DNA of 64,000 nucleotides, from positions 7,750,001 through 7,814,000 of the forward strand of contig NW_026889795.1 in the NCBI RefSeq assembly GCF_033153115.1, read 5' to 3'. The stretch is from Saccostrea echinata (taxonomy: Eukaryota). Below, piece by piece: positions 27,561-40,500 of this stretch. The notes beneath the pieces were generated by a model. It was not told where the DNA came from, did no database searches, and saw only the letters and a list, made by a program, of their open reading frames with translations. How positions within the stretch are numbered: position 1 is the first letter of the stretch; every line of letters starts with the position of its first letter. The translations under genes and the position numbers were made by a program.

Positions 27561-28426
27561 GCTTTGAAGACATGCAAGTGATCATTGGATTAAAGAAAAC
27601 CACAAATATCATGCAATTATTTTAATTCTACTGGCTAAAGCTTTAATCATGTTAATGAAATGATTAAGAGAAACCTATAATTAGATGTTGAACCCCCCCC
27701 CCCCACTATTATAGTCTTTCGGTTTGGTAAATTTTCATTCAGATGCTGGTTAGCCCCCCCCCCCCCCCCCCACAACACACACACACTTCTTGCTGTGTAA
27801 GCCCAAACACTGGTAAATTTTCAGGATTTGAAAAACAAGGTACCAAAGAAGTAAGAGGAAGGTCCAGCCCCCCCCCCCCCCTCAATAGGATTTAGATTTT
27901 AGGGGGGTAAGTATTTTTGGGAGGCGCCCCTTTTAAAAAGAAACATTAGTACGGATCTGAAGAATATTTACTACCTTTAAAGAAGTAGAAGTTTTGACAT
28001 GAACAAAAGGACAATGGCCACCCTGCCAAGCCCCCTTCAGGGCTTGTCTTCTTTTTCACTTCTGGCACGTCTGCTAGCCGTGAAATTTTTTAATCGGGTT
28101 AATATGTCTCTGATATTAAGGAGTTCGTAAAGGTTCTAAAAACAAATGTTAACATTACAGAAAAAAGAGCATTTCAATGACAAATATATAGATGCTTCGA
28201 ACTCAGAAAATTTAATCCAACCATTGATAAGCTTGGATAATCATTACTAATTATAAATTATGTGTAAGTTTAATCGTTGGTTATTTTTATGTAGTATGAC
28301 CGTGATTTTCAAAGTCTGAAATATACAACATTAATTTTGAGTTCACATGTACTCTCTTATATTACACAGCCTTCGTTATTTTTGCAATGCTACCATGCAC
28401 TTGCATGAATACAGGACTACCAATAT

Positions 28427-28594
28427 CAGGGTTGTCCCCAAGAATTAAAATAGCAGGGAACACTGAAGGGGGTCTCGGGTTCCTCCTCTACATGTAACAG
28501 GGATTTGAGTGGGAATGCCAGATTAACCGCGCGGGACATTATGTCTTTAAAGGCGGGGAAATTCCCCGGCTCCCGGGTCTTAGGGACAATCCTG
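28427..28594. mobile_element. 168-bp MITE (hAT/P-like termini) nested in the 12-kb element
   Basis: CAGGGTTGTCCCCAAGA ... TCTTAGGGACAATCCTG; flanks CCAATAT / TCAATAT. Confidence 0.7.
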
Positions 28595-30626
28595 TCAATA
28601 TTATGTAATGACAGGTATCGATTGGTGTGAAGCCGAATTCTTGAATATATGTCTTGGTTTCGATATGCCGCTATTAGCCGGTTATTCTATAAGGTGTGAA
28701 TTCAGCCCTGCGGGTGAATTTTGCAATCGATTTTCAATCAAAGGTGTGAATTGAAAGATCGATAGCATGCAGTATTTTAAATCACTGATTAATTGTACCC
28801 CCTATTACATGATTTCCGTGCATTTGCATGGGATGAAATAGTATTTAACGGTTTCAAGAATAAAATACAAATTAATCTACCGAAATGCCAGTATATATAC
28901 ATGTACGTACCATGTCATATAGTTTGCATATCCCGTACCACAAAAGATTTGTTTTGAATACATTAAATGGATTGGAAACAAATTTATATAACTTCGTAAG
29001 CTCCTCTTAGAACAACATTTATTAAAGGCAGATGCCCCCCCCCCCCCCCCAAAAAAAAAAGATTTAAAAAAAAAGAAATCAATGACTTTATGTATTAATG
29101 AATCAGTTTAGCCATATAGTTTAATTTTTCTAGTTAACAAAAGAAATTAATGTAACTTGTTATGAATTATTTCATCATGATTGTAAATCATTGTCAATTC
29201 TTAACATTTGTAACCCTGACCTTCTTGGAGAGGACTTATATAGGTCATGCCTGATGTCCAATCTGATGTCCAATCCAATTATGTAAACTGACTTTACATA
29301 ATAAAATACTGATTAAATTAATAGTTTAATTTTTCATTCAAAGTTTCTTGAATAAGAATTTTAAACATAGCTAGATTATTTTTTTTAAAATATGTACAAT
29401 TTTGTTTAATGTTTGATGTGTTTAGAAATTTGATATTTCTATCATTTACAAACAATTAAATGATTAAATCCAAAGTCTTTTGGAAGTCCGATTTCTCAAA
29501 GTTACAAATAAAATTAATGATCCGATTGGGAAGGGGTGGCGGATCACAGTCACGCTTTCGTGAACTGTGACAATGGCTGATTATCGGGTGTAAACAGAGG
29601 TGAACATCGATAGCAGATATATACACATTGTAAGTTCATCGATGTGTAGCGGATGTGTTCATATAGGATAGGACTATACATGCTATAGGGGAAGGGGTGC
29701 TTTATGCGATCTAATGCGTTTGCCATGCTGAATTAATTATTTTTTCTTTATTTTCACATTAATTTTCGGACGTCAATTTGCATAGTTTTCAGGTTTCTTC
29801 GAAAGATATAGATGTCTAGAACAAATGTGTTGTAAAAACAATGATTACAAAAGAATTCACTGATTAAGTTTTTGTTTGTGTACTTTGGTTTGCTGAAAGA
29901 ATAAAAATAAGCAAATATAGACCAGAACTATAAAGGGTTCAGGTTTTCTGTTATATATATAGTCACAGTCTACGATAATATGAAAAGGTTAGAAAATATC
30001 CGAACCCCTTCTATATTGTTATGTTTGCTAATTGCTAATTGTTCTACATGTAATTAGGAGCTCTCGAGGATTCAACCCCGTATAATAAAAGATTCTGAAA
30101 GCAAAAATCTATTTAAGAAAGATAATCAAAAAAAAGGGGGGGGGGTTAACTTCTTTGGGCTAAATAGCCATGTATGCGGTACGTGCGTGTAAACGTGAAT
30201 AAATCAAGGTAATTAATTGATAGGAAATGATGTTTGTATAGAAAAAATTGGATGTATCATTTATGTCAAATTAACAACATATCACTTTTATTTTAGGGGA
30301 AAAGAGGGAAAAGGAGGGACGGAAAAATTTCGATCTAACTATAAACGATATAATTGTTTTCTCGAAACTTATTAATTACAAATAAAACTAAGAAGTAAAA
30401 TCAGAGCTACGATAAAACTGTGTTATGAACGTGTTAATTCAGTTCTTTATTCCGTGGGACTTCATTCCGTGTTATAAGCAAAGTCACCCAAAACATCATC
30501 GTAATAGCCCACCCAGCTACTGAATAATCAGATAATTATATAGCCATGCAAGACCGCCCAGGTTTTCCACTTATAAATATAACATTTCAGCATGTAGCTT
30601 TCATTGCGTTTTATATAGCTGATCAG

Positions 30627-30669
<43 letters not shown>

Positions 30670-33468
30670 ACAGAGAACGATTTCGCAAGTATCATATTAT
30701 AAGTAAAAAACGTACTAAATAATTGTCATTATTCTAAATAAAAAAAAAAGGTACCAGAAAAAAATACTTTGGATTCCGATTTAAGATTTCTCTGTGTTGT
30801 TCATGTTTTAGTCAACACTTGGTCCAAGTCAGAAGAGCGCTTTATGAACAGAATAGAAACATCACCTGTCGGCTATCCCTATCGTAGAAGTCTATTGTAA
30901 CAAAGATTAATTCATGCAAGTTTTAAATCAATCTATTTGATTTAGCATGTGTGAATTACTCCACTAACATCACCAGTTGACCTGTCCATTCTGCTGTCAT
31001 TACAGACAAGCAACTTTGTTTACATGTAACTGATGTAAGTTATTGGCATGCTATAAAATTTCCTGGCAAGTTGAATGGGGACCTATATAACTTTATTTAG
31101 GCCTGTATATACCTGAATGGAACATGACAAAAAATATTTGGTTTATTTTTGACACATGTATGTACAATTTGTTGATAATATAGTACATTAGGTTGTGAGC
31201 ATTTTAAATTAAACTGTAAAACACTTTGTTTATTGTACAGTTGCATGATTGACTCTGATCAGTATTTTATGAGGTGAATATTAGGGAAGGGGTGTAATTT
31301 ATATTAGGTTTCTGTCATACCCGAGGCAAGTTTAATAGATGATCAAGATCCAGAAATTGATGGTGGATCCAAAGGGAATGGGATTCAAGATTTTGAAGAT
31401 ATTTATTGATTATTTATTTTAAATGTAACGTCAAATATCAAGACTTTAAATCAATATGAATATTTTTAATGAGTGACTGGGATCCAAAATATTGGTAGGT
31501 GGATCTTGGGATAATTTCTTTTTCTGTAATAATTATGTCTAATTGACTTCAAAGTCATGTGTGAACAAGATCCAAACTTATGAATGGTGGATCCAAGGGG
31601 AGTGGACATTAAAAATTTTAAATATATGTGGTGGATCAAAGGATTTTTATATTTTATTTCAGGGTATATAACTGTTTAGGTTTAGATATAAAACATTTAG
31701 CTTACTAGAATGGATGACCATGATCCAAACTTATGAGTGGTGGATGTAAGGGGAGTGGAGATGAAAATTTGCCAACAGCTAGAAATGATTAAAAAGAGTT
31801 AACTATTTTCTTGACTATTTCATATGAAACTTTTTTAAACACGTTCCCATGAAATTAAGGAATAGATACACAAATAAATGAAAATATATATTTGTAATAA
31901 CTATTAACTATTATAGAAAGACAAAGAAGAAAATGATGCATTTAAAAAGACAGTCTTTAGGAATTATCTTAGAGAAAATAAATATTGATATATGGGTTTT
32001 TTAACCCCTTGATGAAGAAATGTGGGGGAAAAAACCCCACATTACAATATAAGCAACATATGGGTTAAAAAACCCCACACTGAATTGTATGGGTAAATTT
32101 TCCCCATGGGGAAAATTTTAAACCCCATGGGGTTTTTGTGGGGTTTTTTATGGGGTAATTTTAAGTACATGTTTCCCCATGGGATTTTTATCTTTGCCAC
32201 TTAATATCTCAAAAACTAGCTAAAAATGTTGGATTTTTTATTTCATAAATCAATTTAAATATAAAAACCCCACCATTTAAAAAAAATCCTAAGATAATAG
32301 CTTTAAAGGAAAAGGGTGCGCAAGTTCGGAAAAATGTCCATTCCGAAGTTGTCCGTCCCACTGTTAATAACTTTGACTCGGGTTTTACTGTTTATTCAAT
32401 ATCCACGCACTCTTTTGAACAGACTTTCGATATAGGAATGCTTCAGCGTGCCTACGAGTTTTTAGTGTGAAATACCTTTCTTTGGTCAATTCATCTTAAA
32501 TGAAGAAAATTATATAGAAGTTGTGGTCTAATGAATACGAATTGAAACACGCTATTTTCATGACCGCTCTCTTTAGAAAAATCCAATACTGGAAGACGTT
32601 CTATAAAAATATTAGTTTAATTAATCAATGACTCTGTATTTGAGTAATTGATTTATAATATTACGAGGTAAACGATCTTGTTAATTATGGCTTAGTAAAT
32701 AGATGTGCCGACTTTACTAATTTCGATCATTACACATCGTTAATGAAAATTTGAAACACACGGACATCTAAACACCTTGCACGACTTGTTCGCGTTAAGA
32801 AAAATCTATTATCAGACAAATCGTCGGGCTTGCTTTATGTGTGCATTTGCCCATGAAATGGACTTTCAACAATATACATTTTGTCCACCGGAAAGATAAT
32901 ACACAATCAAACAAATAAATTAACGAATAGTTACTGAAACATAACCCGAAGAGTAAAACATGAGATCAGATTATTTATTTCCTAAATAAAATCCTATAGA
33001 AACCAATTGTTGACATAAGTGAAAACTATTGAATTCCTTTGATCTTTGTAGCATAGATTTACTTGGTAAAAACTACTTTGATGCTTTTATTTATTTTGAC
33101 GAATACTATGGGAATCTGAATAAACAGAGTAAACTAAACTTTATGACAGAAGTCTTGAATTCTCTATAGTTCTCTATAGTAACCCATAGGTTTTTCAAAA
33201 TTAACACTTTGATTCATAAATCTAAAAATGCAAACAAAACAAATATAATCTAACACTGGATGAAATTGTGCTATTCAATCAACTCAATTGTTACTGAGAG
33301 GTCTGAAAACTAAACCCAATAGCAGATCATTTTCATTCACCTTTCAGAAAGTGGCTGATCTCATCCTGTGGTAGGTTCAAACTGTAATACTTATAATTAT
33401 TATCTATTATTTTTTTTTTACTCTTCCATCAACTGAAATGAGAACTTTGAGTCTTAACCAATTATTTA

Positions 33469-33600
33469 AGAAATAAAATATCATTTTTAGAGTTTCATTG
33501 GGATATGACATGAAGTCGGTCACGTGATCAAACTCTATAACGACCGAAGGATTTCATGTCATATCCCAATGAAACTAAAAAAAAATGATATTTTATTTCT
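33469..33600. repeat. ~130-bp hairpin palindrome (Crypton-like non-autonomous element?)
   Basis: AGAAATAAAATATCATTTTT..AGTTTCATTGGGATATGACATGAA pairs with TTCATGTCATATCCCAATGAAACT..AAAAATGATATTTTATTTCT. Confidence 0.75.
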
Positions 33601-33919
33601 GATATTTATATTTTACTTTTTATTCGTGTTACAAGGAAAAATAGGCAGTATTTAGATTTTGTTATGGAAACGCTGCATAACCTACAATCGGAACTTTCCA
33701 AATGGCTCGTGCAGTTTGCTTTCCATACACAAGAAAGTCTGATCATGTGACCAACTGCATGTCATTGAAAATTGAATGTCAATTTAATTAGTATTGTCAT
33801 ATAAGGAAAGACATCAGCAAATGTAAAATAATGGTTATACATTAAGTGACAAAAAACATAATACTTTGATTTTCTTTATCAATCAGGAGACCTTTGGTAA
33901 ATGTAAAATAATTCTTTTA

Positions 33920-34266
33920 TTAACTATAGATGGTTTTCCTATGACATATTTTTCCTCGTTGTTATTCCCCTTGGCCGCCATCTTGTTTGTCAAAGTAGTG
34001 AATTTTCCTCTTTGAGCAACCAATTTTAAAAATGCATGCCAAAAATGTATGGTAAAAAATATTAACAATATTGAAATTATGAAGTAAAAGAAGCTTTACC
34101 AAACATATATTCATAAGAAAAACAGTGTTATCTTCACATCAGTGCCCAGTATAACAAATTGAACTTGGTTGAATAATGAAGGGATCTGGGGATGTTGACC
34201 TACAATATGGCGGCCATGGGAAATAACTCTTGCTTAAAACACCTTGATGGAAAACCATCTATAGTA
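33920..34266. repeat. Inverted repeat pair within a degenerate ACTATAG-rich element
   Basis: ACTATAGATGGTTTTCC...GTTATTCCCCTTGGCCGCCAT vs ATGGCGGCCATGGGAAATAAC...GGAAAACCATCTATAGT. Confidence 0.6.
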
Positions 34267-35171
34267 AAAACTTTCATTCTTTGAATTACTATAGAAAAAA
34301 GAACTCTTGACTTTCTATTATGGACTTTTAATAACTTCCCTAACAAAAACTACTATAGTAAACTATTGTTTTCTATAGTATCAAAGTCTTAACTATATTA
34401 AATCATTGTTTTTACTACAGTAATCAAACTAACTAGAGTATTTTTTGTTATTGTGTTAATGAAAAGTTTTATAATTTGTGTTCATGTTCTTTAATTAACA
34501 GGGTGAAGTGATATTCACATGTCTTTTTAAAGTCACTAGTGGAAAACAATTTGAATATGAAACACACATAGATTTGAATTCAAAATTTATACATCTTTCC
34601 AATATTATGCACAATTCATTATCCTGTTTCATGTATACTTATATCACTGTGCTTGTAAACGATTGTTGGTTCTGCATGTATTGTTTCAAGTAAAAGTTGA
34701 TTAGGACTGAGTGAGGCAACCTGACGCAGTTCGTGGCAAGCACATATGTACACAAGACTATTTGGCCTACCATTTCTTACTTATTATCACTGTCACTGTG
34801 GAAATAGCTCTCTAAACTTGATATATTTCTGTCTTTCGACTTGACTACGATGAGAGAGTAAAATATTAATATTTTTTTCAATTAAACAGATAACCACTGA
34901 ATGACTGATATTTATTTATCACCAAAAAATTTCCTTTACCTCTTTAACCCAAATTTCTCTTGATTGATGGTAAGCTGAGGGGTCGTTGATGTAATATTTT
35001 GTTCTAATTGATCGCCTCAAATGTATATACATGTATAAACAACAATGTAAGGGAAATGAAATTGTTGGTACGTATAATCAAATCTATCGAATCACAGCAT
35101 TTGATACGTAACCAACCAAGCATATTTTCCAGTAAACGTTTGAACATTGGTGTTTGCATCCTAACCACATG

Positions 35172-35492
35172 AAAGCTCATTCGGTAGAGCGATCGCCCCG
35201 TGATCGGAAGGTCATGGGTTCGAACCCCGGACACATCTGACCTAAGATAAAACATTGATAGCAAATGTTCCTTCGCCAAGCTTCAGCACTTTGAAGTGAA
35301 GTTTGCAGGTCCTTCGAATAAGACCTAAAAAAAAAAATGAGGCCCCTTGTCAAGGTTTGCAGGAGTTGGCACGATAAAAATCCCTCACTGCTCGATGGCC
35401 CTGAAAGCCGAGTAAAGGTATAAATTTGAAGCCCCTTACCGTATATGGTGGTACCTCTCTATATGAGTGAAAAATTCTGGAATGGGATTTTA
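35172..35492 (+). mobile_element. tRNA-derived SINE
   Basis: A-box-like AGCTCATTCGGTAGAGC, B box GGTTCGAACCC, core TGGCACGATAAAAATCCCTCACTGCTC. Confidence 0.8.
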
Positions 35493-36366
35493 TGATTCAT
35501 TTTTATTTAACCAATTTCGACGTTATAGTCAGTCATTTCTTGACTTTGATTTCTTTTTCTTCTTCTATTCCTTATTGGGACATGGGAGTTTTGCATGAAT
35601 CTTTCAAACCCTACTTTTATAAAAACATGCAATTGGAAAAGTTCCTGAAATATTTTTGACAAAAATTCGTATATATATATATATATTGACAATGAAAAAT
35701 CGCCTCGTTTGTATTAAAAAATTTTTATACAAAACAAACACTTAACATATAATGAAATATGTTATAAATTCACAGTGTTGACAGTGTTTCTGTAATGTTA
35801 ACTATAAGTTCGCCTGTATCAAAAACAGAAATTACATCAACTGACTAATTTTAACTTTCTGACATGGAAAAATAATAATAAAAAAAGAGGAAAACTCAAT
35901 ATATGAGGGATGTTCAAAACTTTCATTCTCCGTAGCGTTTTAGTGAATTTGAATGGTCCCAGATACACATGTATCAGGGCAGCCCTTCAAACAATATATT
36001 TCATCGGAAAAAGTCGGGTCAGCTCGGGTTTCCTGTTGAATAGGTTACAAATTGGTCCTAATAAATACTTCCTAAAATAGGGTTGGCCTTCCGGTTAAGA
36101 AATAAAGAAAGTACTTATCCCTGTACTGGTTGGTTAAGGTTTTAAATTACAATTTCTTCTTGTTTCTTATACAACACAAGTGTTGTTTAAAAATTTAGCT
36201 AAGAGTTTATCTATTATGTATATTTTTTTCTTTTCCTTTAATTATACATAACTTTTTATTGATTGTACATTTTTTTGAGATAGATCTCACTGTTTGCTGC
36301 TTTCATCTTTTTCGTTATAATTGTTTGTTATACTTCAATGAGACTTTATTGGTCAGTATATATTTA

Positions 36367-36542
36367 CAGTTAAACCTGTGTAATCCGGACATGACTGGTT
36401 CTAAAGAAATTTGCAGGATTATGCAACATTCTGGATTAGACAACACTTTAGACAATTTAATATGCTGCAAAAGGAGTTAAAGTTCACACCGTATTTGACA
36501 AGATTTCTGATTACTCAACATCCGGATTACAAAGTTTTACTG
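36367..36542. mobile_element. Tc1/mariner-type MITE, TA TSD
   Basis: TA|CAGTTAAACCTGTGTAATCCGGA ... TCCGGATTACAAAGTTTTACTG|TA. Confidence 0.75.
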
Positions 36543-37591
36543 TAATTATAAAGCAGTTTAGACTCATTGGACAACAAGTACAAAAAAGGTCCAAATATTT
36601 CCAGGCAGGCAGAACTAAGTGAACAGATAAAGAAACCTCAGAGAAAAATTGTATAATTTAAAGCATAAAATTTTCTACAACACAGAAAATCTCTTGATAA
36701 TTTAAACAATTCATATATCACTGGAACATTTAACACCTGATAATCATCAGAAAGGAGCCAAAGCATTTGATTCTATTAAATAAGTAATCATAGATCGAAT
36801 TGATCCTGAGGAAAATAAGAAGTAATTATGGGTTAAATTTAAAGTAACATATGTGACAGACTAATACAATCAGGGATATACATATTTCTTTTAAATGATA
36901 AAGTACCCGAGTGTGACAATTTGCAAATGAAATAATGAACCTTAACGATTGATTTTTTTTAAGTCTCGTCCCCCCCCCCCCAAAAGTAAATTTAAAATAT
37001 TTTTTCCCCAAAAAATATTCAGTATATAAGGAGGTCTATTCTTAGATATAAATTGTTGCAATAACTGTGAAGGCTGATTTTCTTCTTATCGCACATCTGA
37101 TGATTTAGAGATCCGTGTTTGCTCTGCTCCGTATTTGTATTGTTTGAATAGGCTTTTGAGCTCGAATACTGTTCCATTTCTCCATATTTCATTTACAAAT
37201 ATTGGGAACATATGTTTTGATGAAAAGTGTTAAACGTTTCTTTTAGAAAATATATTCGTTCCCGTTTTTAAACTTTGGGTAGCATAATAGAAGGATGGAT
37301 ATACGTGTATGTTCTTTCATTTCATTTATTACAAGACATTGATATATCTTCTAAAGGTCTTTAATCAAAATTACAGAAGTCCATGTTATATATCAATACA
37401 AAACTGAGCAAAACATTGAGAAAATTCTATAAATGTTCTATACTTTCTACTTATTTAAAGATATTACATGTAGAGGCAAGATTTAAAATATATCACTTTA
37501 GTTCTTCCAGATGATTTTTTTCCCTTTGCATCTCTACAGGAAGAAAATTTTCTTCAATACAATATCATTCATCTTAAGTTTTTGTTTGAGT

Positions 37592-40500
37592 TTATTTTGA
37601 ATATTTAACACGCTGTTCACTTCCGATCTCAGTATAACCCCGGCGTCTGGAGGAAGAACCTGTCCAGTTACATTGTTTAATGACCAAAACCAGAGACAAG
37701 AGGAGGAACCCAAAGAGGAAAACCATCATAAACACCACCATAACGACATACGACGTGTAGTTTATGCTAAAGATGTGAGTATCATAGGATTCATCTTCAT
37801 GTTCTTCGTGTCCTTTGGTGGTGATGTCAGATACAGCTGAAATTGAGATTAAAATAACGTAACTCTCATTTTCATTTCCTAGGTCGGAAAAATATCATCA
37901 TTGATTGCGAATTTTCAAGAAATTAGAATCGAATTACCAGGCAGCTGTAAAAAATTGTCATCTTCTCTGTCAGATAGGGATTTTTTCTCTGATTGTGACT
38001 TTGAGGAGGATTTAGAATTGAATTCCGCTTTGAAATTCCAACATTTTGGAAAATGTGGGGGAGGTTTTGGCATCTCATGTGGCTCCCCAACCTGTATAAC
38101 AACGTCCATCCCCAGGCTCATGTGGTCATCGAGATGGCAGTGCATGAACCAAAATCCTACAAATATTCTAAATATGACAGTGCTTAACCAAAATCGTTCA
38201 AAAGGTAATAATTATTTATATGCCAAAAAATCCAATTACATGAATCTATATTTAAGCAATGCAACCAAGTTGGAAAATAACATACCTGGGTTGTTTGTTT
38301 GTAGTCGAACAACAACATAGCCCCTAAAAGGCACCACCACCGTATCTTTGTGGGGCGGATCTACAATGTTTATATCTGGAATGTTACCATACTCCCAGCT
38401 AGAATTCCGCCATCTTGCTTTGCTGTAGTTATTGAAATATTCTATGTCTTGATTTTCCTTCTCAATTAGTCCTGTTGTCTTGTTGATAACTGGGAGCCCG
38501 TACTTTAGGACGTGGAAACGATTTCCATGGAGATGTATAGGGTGAGCGGATCCCCTGGTTACGTTAACTACAAGCACCATTCGAAAATCGCTAAAAATTT
38601 TGAGCAAAAACAATAGACTTCATTTTTTTTAAACAAATCAAATTGGAATATTATTTCTGGTTTTCTTACTCGTAGTTTTAGCTTAGAATATATTCTTATT
38701 TTTAAGAGAAAAGAAAATATTTCAGTTAATTAATGAACGGCACTGGGAATTAAAAGTGAATAGTAATAAGTCTTTTACAAAACAAATCAATTAAGTTTAA
38801 AAAAAAGTATATTAAAAAATAAATCAAGAGGCCCAGGGGCCACAACATTCACCTGAGTAATTATGGCCCTTCTGTCCTTCATCAGCAGATTCTTTCTTAT
38901 ATAATATATTCCGATATAAAACATTGATCAAATATTATGGCCACACTCTACCCAGGAGGTCATGCTTTGAAAAAAAATCAATTTAATCTACCAGAGGACT
39001 CTTCCATATGAATATGACTAATCATGCAAGGTTTTTCTGCTCTTGATAGAAAGATTTTGAAAGATTTGAAGATTTTTCCTTTGCATTCCTATGGAAAACA
39101 TTGATTGCCCATTCTGACTCCACCTTATCCCCGGGGTCATGATTTGAACAAACTGGATCTACACTTCCTGCGGGTGCTTCCAAATATTTATGACTAATCA
39201 AGGCTTTGCTATTCCTAGGAAAAAAGATTTTTAAAGACTTCTACTATATATTCCTTGTGAAACACTGATCCCCCATTTCTGCCCCACCCTACACCAAGGG
39301 GCTATGATTTGAACATACTTTTACACTACCTAAGAATAATTCCATATGAATATGAATGATAATGAATTTGCTGTTCTTGTAGAAGAAGGTTTTTAAAAGA
39401 TATTTTTATACAATCCTATATATAACTCTGATCGCCTGTTGTGGCTCCTACCTACCCTCGGGGCTAATAATTTTGCAAAAAAAATGAATATACACTGGCT
39501 GACGATGTTTCAGAATAAATATGACTAATAAGGACTTTGTTTCTCTTTAGAAGAAGAATTTTAAAGATCTTTCCAATATATTCCTATGCTAAACTTTGAT
39601 CCCCTATCGTGGCCCCGCCCTATTCCTGGGAGTCATGTTTGAACAAATTGTAATCTACAGTATGTAATGTGGTTTTTCAGAATTTTTTTTATAAGCCACT
39701 GAATTCTTAATTACCTCTCTTTAAAAGAAGGCTTGAAACTTCCTGTGAATGCTTTTTTGCAAGTTTGATTGAAATTAGCCTGTGGTTCTGGAGAAGTCGA
39801 AAAAGTGAATAATTTACAGACCACAAATTACACACAGACAGAGGGACGCAGGACACTTACTGATCAGAAAGCTCACTTGAGCCTTCAGCTAAGGTGAGGT
39901 TCAAAGCAAAAAAAATATTCCTTCTAGTAGGCATGGCCATGGAAAACACATTTATTTAGATTAAGAAAAAACGGAATTGATAATTCTTCTACCCTCAGCC
40001 GTCAATACAAGCTGTGCTGTTTTCCACGCATCCAGCTTAACAACGTGAGTACAGCGGCAGTATACGCCACAGTTGTTCATGTGGTCGTTATTACATACAA
40101 TGTTCCTGTCTTCTACAATATCTGGAAATACCTACAATAAACGGTTTACATTACTGAACTGGCAAGAAATTTAATTTGTCAGACTAAAAAATTATGCGTT
40201 TGAAAACTGCATTAGGGAAAGGTTTGTCGCCATTTTGTTTTCCCCTTATTCACCCACGTTGCCTTTGGGCGAAGTAAAATCGGATCCACTTGAAAATGGT
40301 AGATTTGTCTCTTCGTAATGTTTTTTTGGCGAAGCCAATTAAAAACAAAAGATTGAATATAATGAAAGCGTACCTGAAGGGGCATTGGTGGACTTTTGTA
40401 ATGAATTGTGTTCACTGCCGGTCGACGACGCATCGAGTCAGTCCCTAAAAATTCGAATATTTTCAAAATAATGCTTCTGTAAATATGTCAAAAAATATAT

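Larger units (their letters stand above)
20259..32363. mobile_element. 12.1-kb TTAA-targeting DNA transposon with long TIRs, no recognisable transposase (Sola3-like is a tentative assignment)
   Basis: TTAA at 20255-20258 and 32364-32367. TIR CAGTGGGACGGACAACTTCGGAATGG..., 262 bp with 1 mismatch (20259-20520 vs 32102-32363), then ~110 bp more of imperfect inverted identity. Subterminal CCCTTGGATCC motifs on the left are mirrored by GGATCCAAGGG on the right. Confidence 0.93.

Noticed and set aside
30628-30668. Long poly-A runs (also ~22623, 23462, 27526) as retrocopy tails
   Set aside because: No flanking TSD or upstream processed ORF seen; homopolymers are common throughout the window.
35172-35235. 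tRNA gene
   Set aside because: The A/B boxes continue into a SINE body shared with three other copies; no complete cloverleaf.
37901-38320. 139-aa plus-strand ORF
   Set aside because: Antisense shadow of laccase exons 13-14.
38568-38613. Acceptor TTTTTAG at ~38591 for laccase exon 13
   Set aside because: It gives phase 2, but exon 12 ends in phase 1; the TTGTAG acceptor at 38568-38569 fits.
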